This document shows, one piece after another, positions 1 through 8,873 of a DNA stretch of 47,723 nucleotides (within the stretch, counting starts at the first letter, position 1; every line of letters starts with the position of its first letter). The notes beneath the pieces are model-generated. The model had not been told where the DNA came from. It made no database searches and saw only the letters and a program-made list of their open reading frames with translations. Source of the DNA: a bacterium (GTDB taxonomy: Bacteria > Spirochaetota > JAHITG01); assembly GCA_028711675.1 (NCBI GenBank), contig JAQTRT010000001.1, forward strand, positions 1-47,723, in the 5' to 3' direction. Both the position numbers and the translations under genes were made by a program.

Positions 1-1660
1 CCATAAGTATAGGAAGAGGATTAATGGGAACCCCCATAATATGGGCAACTGTATCAGGCAAAGCCAGGCTTTTTATCCATAAAAAATCAGCACTTCTAAG
101 CTCCAGAGAATATTGAAGCATATCCCAGATAGCGAAAAAAATGGGTATTTGTAAAATTAAAGGAAGACACCCGCCAAAAGGATTCACTTTATATTTTTTA
201 TATACATTCATCAATTCCACATTCAATCGTTTTGGATCATTTTTAAACTGTTCTTTTACCTGATTGATGATAGGCTGGATTTTCTGCATTTTTGCCATAG
301 AGTCTAGCTGTTTATGCGTTAACGGATATAACACGATCTTGATAAAAATAGAGAATAGAATAACAGCCAGACCGAAATTATGGACAAGCTTATTCAGAAG
401 GATCAAAACATCCAGGAAGAAATTTCCCAGTTTGTTCACGATCTTACCCACGAACAGCCGTTGGGTCAATATCGAGCTCTCCAGACTATTTAATTTTTTT
501 TCTTTTCGGAAGGTATCCCTTAGTTTTGGGCCTGCATAAATGGTGTAATTATATTCGATCTTCTCCATTGCAGATAATTTATTCCGGTCGATTTCACTTG
601 AGATTCCGCCTATATATATATTCCCGTCAGAATAAAAGACTGTTTCCTTGATACGATAGGATTCATCCGGGATCATGGCAGCGATGAAATATCGGTTATA
701 AAAAGTTACCCATTTCATGTTCTCATCTTTTTTAATCACAGGCTGGTCAAGCTGTTTGCCTTTTATCTTTATTTGATTTAATTTTTCAAGCTGGTAATAA
801 CCTACTGTTAAAATATCATATTTATCGATCTTATCTACAGGTCCTAGGACCGGTTGCCATTTTAACACAATCCTATTAAAGCTAATATCCGTTTTATCAA
901 CAGCTTGAAGCGTAATTTTCAGATTAAAATAATATGCATCGGACGGGAAGATGTATTCTTTGATTATATTCACCGATCTGTTGCGGGAAGTAAAAACAAT
1001 TCTGTCCTTATATATTGCACCAGAATATAATGACGTATCATTCCCGGGAAAAGTTCCGAGATCTTTATCTGCGAGAAGCTTGATATCCAGAGGATAAAAA
1101 TATTTATTTTTTATTTTATCCTCATAGATTAAAGTGACTGGTTTAGAATCATGGATATTGGCGTATTTTTTTAATTCAATATTTTTAATCCGTCCACCCA
1201 GGGTACTTAAATAATATACAGCGTTCTGATTTTCAAATTTAATGATTTCTTCTTGGGCTATCTGAGGATTTTTCAAGGCCTGGAACATGATCTGATGATT
1301 GTTGTTATCTGAATAATTATAGGGATCAACGGCCTTGACAAGAAAATAATAATTTTGAGAAGGATCGAATTGATTGATGGAATAACTTGTATTTGAAGTA
1401 GTAGCGAATGGCTGGTTTGGGAGAGCGATCTTATTGTTTTCAGCGGAATAAACCATATACGTTACAGGATATTTAGAGATTGCTTTTTCCCATGATAGGG
1501 TCAGGGCCTGGCTCTTTTTGTTATATTGAATATTTTTTAATCCGGCAAACTGGATACGGTTATTCTGGGGAACAGGCTGGTAATTTCGCTTTAAATAATA
1601 AGACCACATCATTAAAATAATTAAAGTAAATATAACAGCCCAGATTGTATTCTTAGTCAT
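1..1660 (-). CDS. yidC: Membrane protein insertase YidC (partial; C-terminus runs off the left edge; absent from ORF track because there is no stop in the window)
   Basis: Minus-strand frame is open from the ATG at 1660-1658 (GGAGTG Shine-Dalgarno just upstream) to position 1. It has an N-terminal TM (TIWAVIFTLIILMMW), a ~370-aa periplasmic region, then the conserved core HNFGLAVILFSIFIKIVLYPLTHKQLDSMAKMQKIQP...KVNPFGGCLPLILQIPIFFAIW. It sits directly downstream of rpmH-yidD. Confidence 0.9.
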   Translation of the reverse strand, partial: MTKNTIWAVIFTLIILMMWSYYLKRNYQPVPQNNRIQFAGLKNIQYNKKSQALTLSWEKAISKYPVTYMVYSAENNKIALPNQPFATTSNTSYSINQFDPSQNYYFLVKAVDPYNYSDNNNHQIMFQALKNPQIAQEEIIKFENQNAVYYLSTLGGRIKNIELKKYANIHDSKPVTLIYEDKIKNKYFYPLDIKLLADKDLGTFPGNDTSLYSGAIYKDRIVFTSRNRSVNIIKEYIFPSDAYYFNLKITLQAVDKTDISFNRIVLKWQPVLGPVDKIDKYDILTVGYYQLEKLNQIKIKGKQLDQPVIKKDENMKWVTFYNRYFIAAMIPDESYRIKETVFYSDGNIYIGGISSEIDRNKLSAMEKIEYNYTIYAGPKLRDTFRKEKKLNSLESSILTQRLFVGKIVNKLGNFFLDVLILLNKLVHNFGLAVILFSIFIKIVLYPLTHKQLDSMAKMQKIQPIINQVKEQFKNDPKRLNVELMNVYKKYKVNPFGGCLPLILQIPIFFAIWDMLQYSLELRSADFLWIKSLALPDTVAHIMGVPINPLPILM

Positions 1661-1672
1661 GTTTCACTCCTA

Positions 1673-1930
1673 TTATCGTAATGGATCAAATCCGCCGGAA
1701 AATAATGGATTACATTTTAAAATACGAATGAAGGAAAGAAGGAAAGCCTTTAAAAAATAATATTTTTTAAAGGCAGACAAAGCGTATTCAGAACAGGTGG
1801 GTTCGAACCGGCAGGTACGGGGTTTATTTTTAAAAAGGAACTGATATAATTTTATTAAACTGATGGCAATATTCCTGAGAAAAAGATCGAAATATTTTAA
1901 TAACCGTAACATGATGGGGTTACAGATCAC
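1673..1930 (-). CDS. yidD: Membrane protein insertion efficiency factor YidD
   Basis: Carries the [15 protein letters not shown] motif typical of YidD. The GTG start at 1930 overlaps the rpmH stop (GTGA); an alternative ATG lies at 1912. yidC starts 12 nt downstream. Confidence 0.85.
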   Translation of the reverse strand: MICNPIMLRLLKYFDLFLRNIAISLIKLYQFLFKNKPRTCRFEPTCSEYALSAFKKYYFLKAFLLSFIRILKCNPLFSGGFDPLR

Positions 1931-2073
1931 CGTTCATCGGATACAGTTAATTTCCATCTGCCTTTTTTTCTTCTTCTTTTAAGAACATCCTGACCGGATT
2001 TGGATTTCATCCTTTTCCTGAATCCATGAGTTTTTTTTCTTCTTCTATAATGCGGCTGGAATGTACGTTTCAT
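1927..2073 (-). CDS. rpmH: 50S ribosomal protein L34
   Basis: The 48-aa product [48 protein letters not shown] is a classic L34. The track ORF (to 2127) carries an 18-aa N-terminal extension that I trimmed to the internal ATG. Confidence 0.9.
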   Translation of the reverse strand: MKRTFQPHYRRRKKTHGFRKRMKSKSGQDVLKRRRKKGRWKLTVSDER

Positions 2074-2200
2074 TAAATTTCTCCATAATTTTTTTATATA
2101 TCTTAATGAAAATAATAATTTTGTCAAGTTATTTTAAAAAAAAGTATGGAAAAAGAAAATCAATTGATTATCCTACTTTTATGAAAAAAAAGGCGGATTT

Positions 2201-3292
2201 ATGGTAAAAACACAATTACATCAAAAAGAGAACATGAATACATGTTTTAAGAGAAATAAACTTCTCATCAAGTCCTTTTTAAAGAATTTCTTAAATCAAA
2301 AAAAAAGACCTTTTTCCAAGGTCAATCAGTGGGGATACGATCTTTTAAAACGTGTTTTTTATTTTAGTGTACAGGGGAAAATGATCCGAGGAGGATTAAT
2401 CCTTCTCTCCTATGAAATGTTCAAAAAAAAGATTGATACCGCTGCTGTCAGAATGGCGGCTGCAATGGAACTCGTTCATTCTGCTCTTTTAATCCATGAT
2501 GATATCATGGACCATGATGATGTACGGCGTGGAGACAAAACCATATATGCCCAGTATCAGGATATCGGAGCAGGGGTAAGAACAAAAGATCCGCTTCATT
2601 TCGGTGAATCCATGGGTATATGCGTGGGTGACGTCATTTTTTTTCTATCCAATGAATTAATCTCCTCGATTCCGGTCCAGGCAGGAATAAAGGAGCTGAT
2701 TATGCGGTATTGGTCGGAAGAACTGGCCAAAGTGGGAACAGCTCAGATGCAGGATATTTACTTCGCAATTACAAAAGAAATACTTAGGGAACGGGATATC
2801 CTTAATATGTATAGATATAAAACAGCACGTTATACATTTTCACTGCCTTTGGTTTTAGGAGCCATGGCTGCCGGACAGAAGAAGCAGATCTTGTCACGGC
2901 TTGAACAGCTGGGGGAAAATCTGGGTATTTTGTTCCAGATCAAGGATGATGAAATCGGTTTATTCGGAAGAGAAGAAGATACCGGAAAGCCCGTTGGTTC
3001 TGATATCAAGGAGAATAAAAAGACCTTATACCATTATTATTTATTTAAAAATTTATCCGGAACGAAAGATCACCCGTTAAAGGACCTTTTTGGCCGGGAA
3101 AAAATCACATCATCCATGGTTCATGAAATCCGTTCTTTTATCATATTATCCGGGGTAAAGAATATTATTGATAAGAAAATGCAGCTTTTGGAAAAACGCT
3201 CTAAAAAAATGATACAGACCCTTCCTGTCCCCGTAGGGTATAAAAATATCCTTCATGAACTGGTGGAATTTAATATGAACCGTAGATCCTGA
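2201..3292 (+). CDS. Polyprenyl diphosphate synthase (trans-isoprenyl diphosphate synthase family)
   Basis: The first Asp-rich motif LLIHDDIMDHDDVRRG is present, and the second region reads FQIKDDEIGLFG...GKPVGSDIKENKKT. Length is 363 aa. Confidence 0.85.
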   Translation: MVKTQLHQKENMNTCFKRNKLLIKSFLKNFLNQKKRPFSKVNQWGYDLLKRVFYFSVQGKMIRGGLILLSYEMFKKKIDTAAVRMAAAMELVHSALLIHDDIMDHDDVRRGDKTIYAQYQDIGAGVRTKDPLHFGESMGICVGDVIFFLSNELISSIPVQAGIKELIMRYWSEELAKVGTAQMQDIYFAITKEILRERDILNMYRYKTARYTFSLPLVLGAMAAGQKKQILSRLEQLGENLGILFQIKDDEIGLFGREEDTGKPVGSDIKENKKTLYHYYLFKNLSGTKDHPLKDLFGREKITSSMVHEIRSFIILSGVKNIIDKKMQLLEKRSKKMIQTLPVPVGYKNILHELVEFNMNRRS

Positions 3293-3321
3293 CCTTTTAT
3301 TCTACCGGATTGGAAAAAAGA

Positions 3322-4272
3322 TCAATTATCTTTTTGAAAAGAATAATACTTTTCTTTTTTTCCGGAGGAAGGACAAATAAAAATCTGTTTCTCCCTGATC
3401 ATTTCTTTAATTAATTCCTGTATCCGAACAGGATCAATTCCTAATGCCAAGGCCAAGCCTTGGCTTGTTTCCGGTCTTCTTTTAATCACGTTCAGGATCT
3501 GTTCTTTTAAATCATTCTCTTTCAAGTTACTGGGCAGGCCTTTTTTTATAAAAGCCGCGATTATTTCCGCTTTAATCCCGTTTGTATCAAATTTTTTTTT
3601 AATTTCTGTTAATTCTTTTGGTTCCAGAGGTAAAGCAAATGATTCAGCCGGCGGTCTTTCAACGGTATTCAACTGTACTTTATCCGGTTTTATGCTGCGT
3701 ATTACCTGGATCAAAGTATTTATATCTTCAGCAGAATCATTCATTTTTCGGCTAAAAAGGATTTCCAGCCAAATCTTCCCTTTAAATTCATTTTTAAATA
3801 TCTTTATTCCTTCGATTATTTTTTCCATGGATAATCCTGTAACCGGGCGGTCCACTTTAATAAAAGAATCCCATCGGGCTGAATCAAGGGATGGGAGGAC
3901 CAGATCTGCAGCCAGGAGTTCTTTCCTTACTTCCGGGAGAAAAAGCATGGTCCCGTTTGTCAGTACAGCAACAGGGATTTTTGTGAGGTTTTTAATCTCC
4001 CTGATCATTTTACCAAGATCCGAGTTCAAGGTTGGCTCACCTGAACCTGAAAATGTGATATAATCCGTATGAATATCCTGCTTTAAAAATTTCGTTAATT
4101 CCGCCATGACCTCAGGGAATGAGACATAGGGTTTTCGTTCCATGGTCTTATGGTTTGTCCGTCCGCATTCACAGTATACACAATCGAGAGTACAGGTCTT
4201 ATAGGGTGTTACATCCACGCCAAGGGAGAGCCCCAGACGCCTTGACGGTACAGGACCGAAAATATATTTCAT
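3322..4272 (-). CDS. Radical SAM protein (COG0731-like) with a C-terminal helical/wHTH-like tail
   Basis: N-terminus GPVPSRRLGLSLGVDV is followed by CTLDCVYCEC (CxxxCxxC cluster) and SGSGEPTL. Confidence 0.8.
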   Translation of the reverse strand: MKYIFGPVPSRRLGLSLGVDVTPYKTCTLDCVYCECGRTNHKTMERKPYVSFPEVMAELTKFLKQDIHTDYITFSGSGEPTLNSDLGKMIREIKNLTKIPVAVLTNGTMLFLPEVRKELLAADLVLPSLDSARWDSFIKVDRPVTGLSMEKIIEGIKIFKNEFKGKIWLEILFSRKMNDSAEDINTLIQVIRSIKPDKVQLNTVERPPAESFALPLEPKELTEIKKKFDTNGIKAEIIAAFIKKGLPSNLKENDLKEQILNVIKRRPETSQGLALALGIDPVRIQELIKEMIREKQIFICPSSGKKEKYYSFQKDN

Positions 4273-4287
4273 ATCAGCCTCGCAAGA

Positions 4288-5154
4288 TCATCTTTGTGTG
4301 TTGGCCATGAAAAGGTATGAATTTTTCTTAACTTGTAAATACTTTGACACAACATCGCATTTTGATTTAAAAAGGAAAAAGATAAGCTTTTTTTTAAAAT
4401 GATCCAGGGTCTCGAAATTTCCCTGGCCTTTACTGATGATAAAATCCGCTTCTACCCATTTTTTAAAAAATTCCGCGGAGCAGCAGGATAGAATAGTCCC
4501 TACTTTATCATTTCCATTGGAAATGATATCCACTGGATACGTGAACAGATTACGGGGAATATCTTTCATGGTTATGTCATTGATGATGGGCTTGTCCTTA
4601 ACAACAAGGGTGAACCGTACAGGATAAAATCTCAAAATGGTCTCCATCAATAATTTATCAAAAATAAATTCACCGGCATTGTCACAAAGCAGCATGACAT
4701 GAGATGCGTTTTTTAAAGCCTTGGCCAGCAGGGGATGATCGTTTTTGAAGAACCGTATATTTTTGTGTTTCTTAATCTCATCATTGATATTGATCGCGTT
4801 CGTGATCCCGAAATCAATTGAATTTCCGATAGCTGAAAGTTTTAAGGCCCCTAAAAGAGGGTCCTGATACTGAGAGACGATCTTCTGCAAGGAACGGTAT
4901 TTACCGAGGATCAGGGAATTATATTGTTTTTTCACTTGCTGATAAGGATCGGTATTTTTTATTTCACGGTGAATAAGATGGTAGATCTTACTGCTGTAAA
5001 AACAAGGTGTTTCCTTGAATTTTCTGATGCTTGATAAATAAGTGGAAATCCTGCCGAGTATGTCAAATTTCTTTTTTTGGTGAACCCTGAGGAACTGAAG
5101 AGTATTTAATGCTTGTTGATAAAAGCATAAAACACATTCAGGCTCAACATTCAT
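4288..5154 (-). CDS. DUF89 / damage-control phosphatase ARMT1-like protein
   Basis: Contains ECVLCFYQQAL near the N-terminus, LCDNAGE, and SKGQGNFETL near the C-terminus, all typical of DUF89. It starts 1 nt after the upstream gene's stop. Confidence 0.7.
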   Translation of the reverse strand: MNVEPECVLCFYQQALNTLQFLRVHQKKKFDILGRISTYLSSIRKFKETPCFYSSKIYHLIHREIKNTDPYQQVKKQYNSLILGKYRSLQKIVSQYQDPLLGALKLSAIGNSIDFGITNAININDEIKKHKNIRFFKNDHPLLAKALKNASHVMLLCDNAGEFIFDKLLMETILRFYPVRFTLVVKDKPIINDITMKDIPRNLFTYPVDIISNGNDKVGTILSCCSAEFFKKWVEADFIISKGQGNFETLDHFKKKLIFFLFKSKCDVVSKYLQVKKNSYLFMANTQR

Positions 5155-5155
5155 T

Positions 5156-5914
5156 TCATGCCTTAAAGAAATTCACGATGCTGGATATGACATCTTTTTC
5201 TTTTTCAGCATTATCGAATGTATGGTTCGTGTTGTTGATCACGACCTGTTTGCTGCTTTTTACCGTCTGAGCATAGGCCTTCATATGGTCGATAGGAGTA
5301 TACTGGTCAGAATCAGAGCTGATCAACAGAACCTGGCCTGAAAAATCCTTGATTTTTTCCAAAGGTTTCATCCTTTTGGCGATATCGAAGAATTTTTTGG
5401 AGTATTGATTTCCTTTAACATCTACAGTGCCGTTCTTATATTGGGGTAAGAACTCGGGATTTTCCTTTTTAGGCTTACTGAAGAATATCTCGTCCGGTCT
5501 GGCGATAGCGGAAATAAGGGCTGCTTTCTTAATATTGGGGAATTCGCAGGCCACATAAGAGGCCACGATACTTCCCATGCTAAGGCCAATAATACCGATG
5601 TTATTCTGATCAATTCCTTTAAGTTTTAAGAGCTTTTTAATTACTTTTTTAGCATCAGAAACATAATCTTTGATCGTGAAGGCAGTGGAATCCCCTTCAC
5701 TCTCGCCGCATCCCCTAAAATCAAAACGGATGGAAGCGACCCCATTTTCTTCAAGTTTTTTCGATATTTTCCAAAATAACCGATGTGGTTCCACTCTGTT
5801 TGAAGTAAATCCATGAAATAAAACAACACCAGGGAAGTTTTCTTTGTCCTCAGGAATGTGTAAAGTACCCATAATAGCCAGTTTTTTATTAAAGTACTTA
5901 ATAGGTTTTTGCAT
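5156..5914 (-). CDS. Alpha/beta hydrolase (serine hydrolase)
   Basis: Has HGFTSN (oxyanion region), the nucleophile elbow GLSMGS, and a C-terminal NHTF (catalytic His region). Length is 252 aa. Confidence 0.75.
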   Translation of the reverse strand: MQKPIKYFNKKLAIMGTLHIPEDKENFPGVVLFHGFTSNRVEPHRLFWKISKKLEENGVASIRFDFRGCGESEGDSTAFTIKDYVSDAKKVIKKLLKLKGIDQNNIGIIGLSMGSIVASYVACEFPNIKKAALISAIARPDEIFFSKPKKENPEFLPQYKNGTVDVKGNQYSKKFFDIAKRMKPLEKIKDFSGQVLLISSDSDQYTPIDHMKAYAQTVKSSKQVVINNTNHTFDNAEKEKDVISSIVNFFKA

Positions 5915-5966
5915 AGGGCAGCTCCTTTAAATAAATTTTTTAATGTTATCCATTAAAATTGTTATA

Positions 5967-5994
5967 ATTATAATACATAAAAATTTAATGTCAA
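5967..5994 (-). promoter_or_regulatory. Sigma-70-type promoter for the hydrolase/DUF89/radical-SAM operon
   Basis: The minus strand reads TTGACA (5994-5989), a 16-nt spacer, then TATAAT (5972-5967), about 50 nt upstream of the ATG at 5914. Confidence 0.5.
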
Positions 5995-6021
5995 TAATAA
6001 ATTAAAAAAAAATCAAAAATT

Positions 6022-6094
6022 TGAGCCGCACAGGGCTTGAACCTGTAACCTACGAATTAAGAGTCCGTTGCTCTACCAATTGAGCTAGCGGCCC
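6022..6094 (-). tRNA. tRNA-Lys (anticodon CTT)
   Basis: The reverse complement GGGCCGCTAGCTCAATTGGTAGAGCAACGGACTCTTAATTCGTAGGTTACAGGTTCAAGCCCTGTGCGGCTCA folds as a cloverleaf: 7-bp acceptor, GCTC/GAGC D-stem, ACGGA/TTCGT anticodon stem with loop CTCTTAA, and ACAGG/CCTGT T-stem with TTCAAGC. No CCA is encoded. Confidence 0.9.
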
Positions 6095-6142
6095 GAATGG
6101 CTATTATATTATATTTTTAATAAATATTGTCAAGAATTTATT

Positions 6143-6439
6143 CTATTTTACTGTAAAAAAAATCTCATTTACCAGTTCTTTTTTATAGTATTGGTTGATC
6201 GTCTCCATTATTTTATCCTTTAAAAAATTAAGCTGATTGGCCCAGATTGAGGAATCCACCTGTATAAAAAGCTTTTTGTGGGTGATGGAAAGAGGGGTAG
6301 TATGATTACCGATATTCTGTCCTACTATTTCAGGCCATTTTTTCTTTAACTGTTCCAGGGCCAGGAATTTGTTCCAGCCTTTTTTTTGGACTAGTTCAGA
6401 TAAAAGGTCGCCTATTTTTTCGAATTTTTTTTCTTTCAT
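6143..6439 (-). CDS. DUF721 domain protein (the small ORF commonly found after recF)
   Basis: A 98-aa product whose start overlaps the recF stop by 4 nt. Its position downstream of recF and its size are typical of DUF721. The sequence call is weak. Confidence 0.6.
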   Translation of the reverse strand: MKEKKFEKIGDLLSELVQKKGWNKFLALEQLKKKWPEIVGQNIGNHTTPLSITHKKLFIQVDSSIWANQLNFLKDKIMETINQYYKKELVNEIFFTVK

Positions 6440-7527
6440 AGCTGGATCATATTTTTATCAGGAAGATTTTGATAGTCATTTTCATCAACGGTGGTGATAA
6501 AGCTCTGGCATGTTATTTTTGCAATGGAATCAGTAATAAAATCCTTGTTCTTTTTATCCAGTTCAAGAAGGATATCATCCATCAACACAATAGCCGGATC
6601 TTTCTTATAACAGGAAATAAATTCCATTTCAGCAAATTTGACAAATAGCATAAAGAGGCGTCTTTCCCCCCGTGAGGAATAATCAACCAGCCTGGATCCG
6701 TCCTGGTTCAGGAAGAAAAGGTCATCCCGGTGAGGACCGATCAGGGTATATTTATATTTTTCCTCCCGTAGTCTGGTCTCCAGGAGCTGGCTGTGGAAAC
6801 AAGAGGAAAGGATATCCATATCATACCGGTTTATTTTGTAATCCGGAAAAACAGAGGATCGGTATTGAAGCTGAACAGCCGGCAACTGAGGATCATCATA
6901 TTGAGCCAGGACACGGGAAAGGGATCCGGTAAACTCCCCGATATATTGCATCCGCAATTGGATTATTTTAACACCGGATAAGACCAGATTCTGGTTGAGC
7001 GTTTCCATTAAAAGCGGATCCTGATGATTCGATTTTAAATAATGATTGCGCTGATCCAAGATCTTATGATACTGGACCAGGTTCATTAAATATTCAGGAT
7101 CTATCTGGGAAAAGAGAAGGTCCAGGAAACGGCGCCTGCCGGAGGGAGGGCCTTCAAGGATATCGATATCCTTGTCCAAGAATAGTATTATGGGGATCCG
7201 GCCGATCAAGTCGGATAATCTCGGGATCGCAGCGTCATTGATCTTGATGGTTTTTTTCTGTTCCAGTCCGAATTTAATATCTACGATCCGGTCATCATAG
7301 GCCTGGAAGATACCGTGGAGGAAGAGCTGGTTCTCATGACGATGTACCAGGGTCTGGTCCACGCTGGTACGGAAGGATCGGCCGAGACTTAAGATGTGGA
7401 TGGCTTCCAGAAGAGAAGATTTTCCCGAGCCATTGGCTCCCGAGATGAGGTTTATTTTTTCTTTAAATTCAAATTCTTTCTCTGTATAGTTCCTGAAATT
7501 AAGGAGTTTTAATTTTTTAATCCGCAT
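6436..7527 (-). CDS. recF: DNA replication and repair protein RecF
   Basis: MRIKKLKLLNFRNY with Walker A GANGSGKSSLLEAI, then the signature region SRGERRLFMLFVKFAE and Walker B LMDDILLELD. It lies in dnaA-dnaN-recF synteny. Confidence 0.9.
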   Translation of the reverse strand: MRIKKLKLLNFRNYTEKEFEFKEKINLISGANGSGKSSLLEAIHILSLGRSFRTSVDQTLVHRHENQLFLHGIFQAYDDRIVDIKFGLEQKKTIKINDAAIPRLSDLIGRIPIILFLDKDIDILEGPPSGRRRFLDLLFSQIDPEYLMNLVQYHKILDQRNHYLKSNHQDPLLMETLNQNLVLSGVKIIQLRMQYIGEFTGSLSRVLAQYDDPQLPAVQLQYRSSVFPDYKINRYDMDILSSCFHSQLLETRLREEKYKYTLIGPHRDDLFFLNQDGSRLVDYSSRGERRLFMLFVKFAEMEFISCYKKDPAIVLMDDILLELDKKNKDFITDSIAKITCQSFITTVDENDYQNLPDKNMIQL

Positions 7528-8644
7528 TAGATAATTTTATGGGCATGATAAGGCATAAAAAATTATCATTGTTTTCTTCCCGGACGGCAATGGCGCCTAT
7601 GCCCGTGTTCATGGAAAATATCATGTTTTCCGTATCGACGGCTTTCAAGGCATCCAGAAGGAATTCACTGCTGAAAGCGATCTCAAATACATCGTCATAA
7701 TCATAAACGATATTCTCAACAGATTCCTTGGCTTCCCCGATATCCGGGTCATTTGTTTTTATCTCAAGATTTCCTTTTGTGAATTTCAATATGATCTTGG
7801 AGGATTGTTTTTCCGTTGTAATGATGGATACGCGTTTAACGGCATTCAATATTTTTATCGTGAATAAAAAAGCTTTCTTTTTAAAACTCTGCGGGATGAC
7901 CTGCTGATAATCAGGGAATTTACCGTCGATCAGGCGGGAAAAAAGCTCGATATTATCGATTTTAAAATAAATCTGCTTTTCGCTTACGCTGATCTCCATA
8001 TCCCCTTCGTCATTCAGTATTTTAAGCACTTCGGAAAGTACTTTTTGAGGAATGATCACCTCGTCGATCTCGGTTTTAGTGTCCAGGTCATAGCTGATGA
8101 GGGATAAACGCCTGGCATCAGTGGCTACCAGGGTTAATTTCTTGTTCTTTAATTCCAGCTTAACTCCGCTGATGTTCACCTGGACATCGTCCTTGGAAAC
8201 AGAAAATATGGATTTACGTATCATGGCCTTGAACACATTCTGGGGTACTTTAATGCTTTTATCCTTTTTAAATTCAGGAAGAATGGGGTAATCGTTCTTT
8301 GGTATGCCGATAAGCTTAAACTGGGCTTTTACCTGGTCATTTTTACTTTGTATCTTCAGGTATTTATTTTCATCGACATGTATCTCGATATCGTCATTAG
8401 GCAATTCACGGATGATATCCGCGAATTTTTTGGCAAAAACAGTAATGGACCCTTCTTTTTTCACGTCTGCGTCTACATGGATCTTGATGGCAGTTTCCAG
8501 GTCCGTGGAGGTGATCTGGAGCATATCGTCTATGGTCTCAAGAAGAATATTGGATAAGATGGACATGGTGTTCTTGGCTGTAATGATATCTTCAGCCAGC
8601 TGTATGGATCTTAACAGTTTTTCTTTGGTTGCTAGTATATTCAT
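7517..8644 (-). CDS. dnaN: DNA polymerase III beta sliding clamp
   Basis: A 375-aa product located between dnaA and recF, with a clamp-like N-terminus (LLRSIQLAEDIITAKNTMSILSNILLE) and the three-domain length expected for a clamp. Confidence 0.9.
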   Translation of the reverse strand: MNILATKEKLLRSIQLAEDIITAKNTMSILSNILLETIDDMLQITSTDLETAIKIHVDADVKKEGSITVFAKKFADIIRELPNDDIEIHVDENKYLKIQSKNDQVKAQFKLIGIPKNDYPILPEFKKDKSIKVPQNVFKAMIRKSIFSVSKDDVQVNISGVKLELKNKKLTLVATDARRLSLISYDLDTKTEIDEVIIPQKVLSEVLKILNDEGDMEISVSEKQIYFKIDNIELFSRLIDGKFPDYQQVIPQSFKKKAFLFTIKILNAVKRVSIITTEKQSSKIILKFTKGNLEIKTNDPDIGEAKESVENIVYDYDDVFEIAFSSEFLLDALKAVDTENMIFSMNTGIGAIAVREENNDNFLCLIMPIKLSNAD

Positions 8645-8873
8645 CGGGTCACCTCTTTATTAATTATATATTATATAATAATTAATAATAGTATTAATCA
8701 TCGGGATAAGGTGTATAACATTATAATTTTTTATCTGCGTTCAATTATAACTTTATAAACCTGTTGATAACTTATTGCATTATTTTTCTTTTTCCACAAA
8801 AAAATATTTTTCCCCTTTCCGGTACGGGAAACGGATAAAAAGACGAACGTTATCCACAGAGTTTGAACAGTCT
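8645..8873. other. dnaA-dnaN intergenic region with DnaA boxes and an AT-rich tract (candidate oriC half)
   Basis: Contains a perfect TTATCCACA at 8850-8858, TTTTCCACA at 8790-8798, and TGTTGATAA (complement of TTATCAACA) at 8762-8770. The stretch 8660-8700 (ttaattatatattatataataattaataatagtattaat) is almost pure A/T. Confidence 0.6.

Noticed and set aside
264-539. 91-aa plus-strand ORF at the left end.
   Set aside because: It lies antisense within the conserved C-terminal core of yidC, which reads convincingly on the minus strand.
2074-2127. 18-codon N-terminal extension of rpmH in the ORF track.
   Set aside because: L34 proteins start MKRTFQP. The extension is not L34-like.
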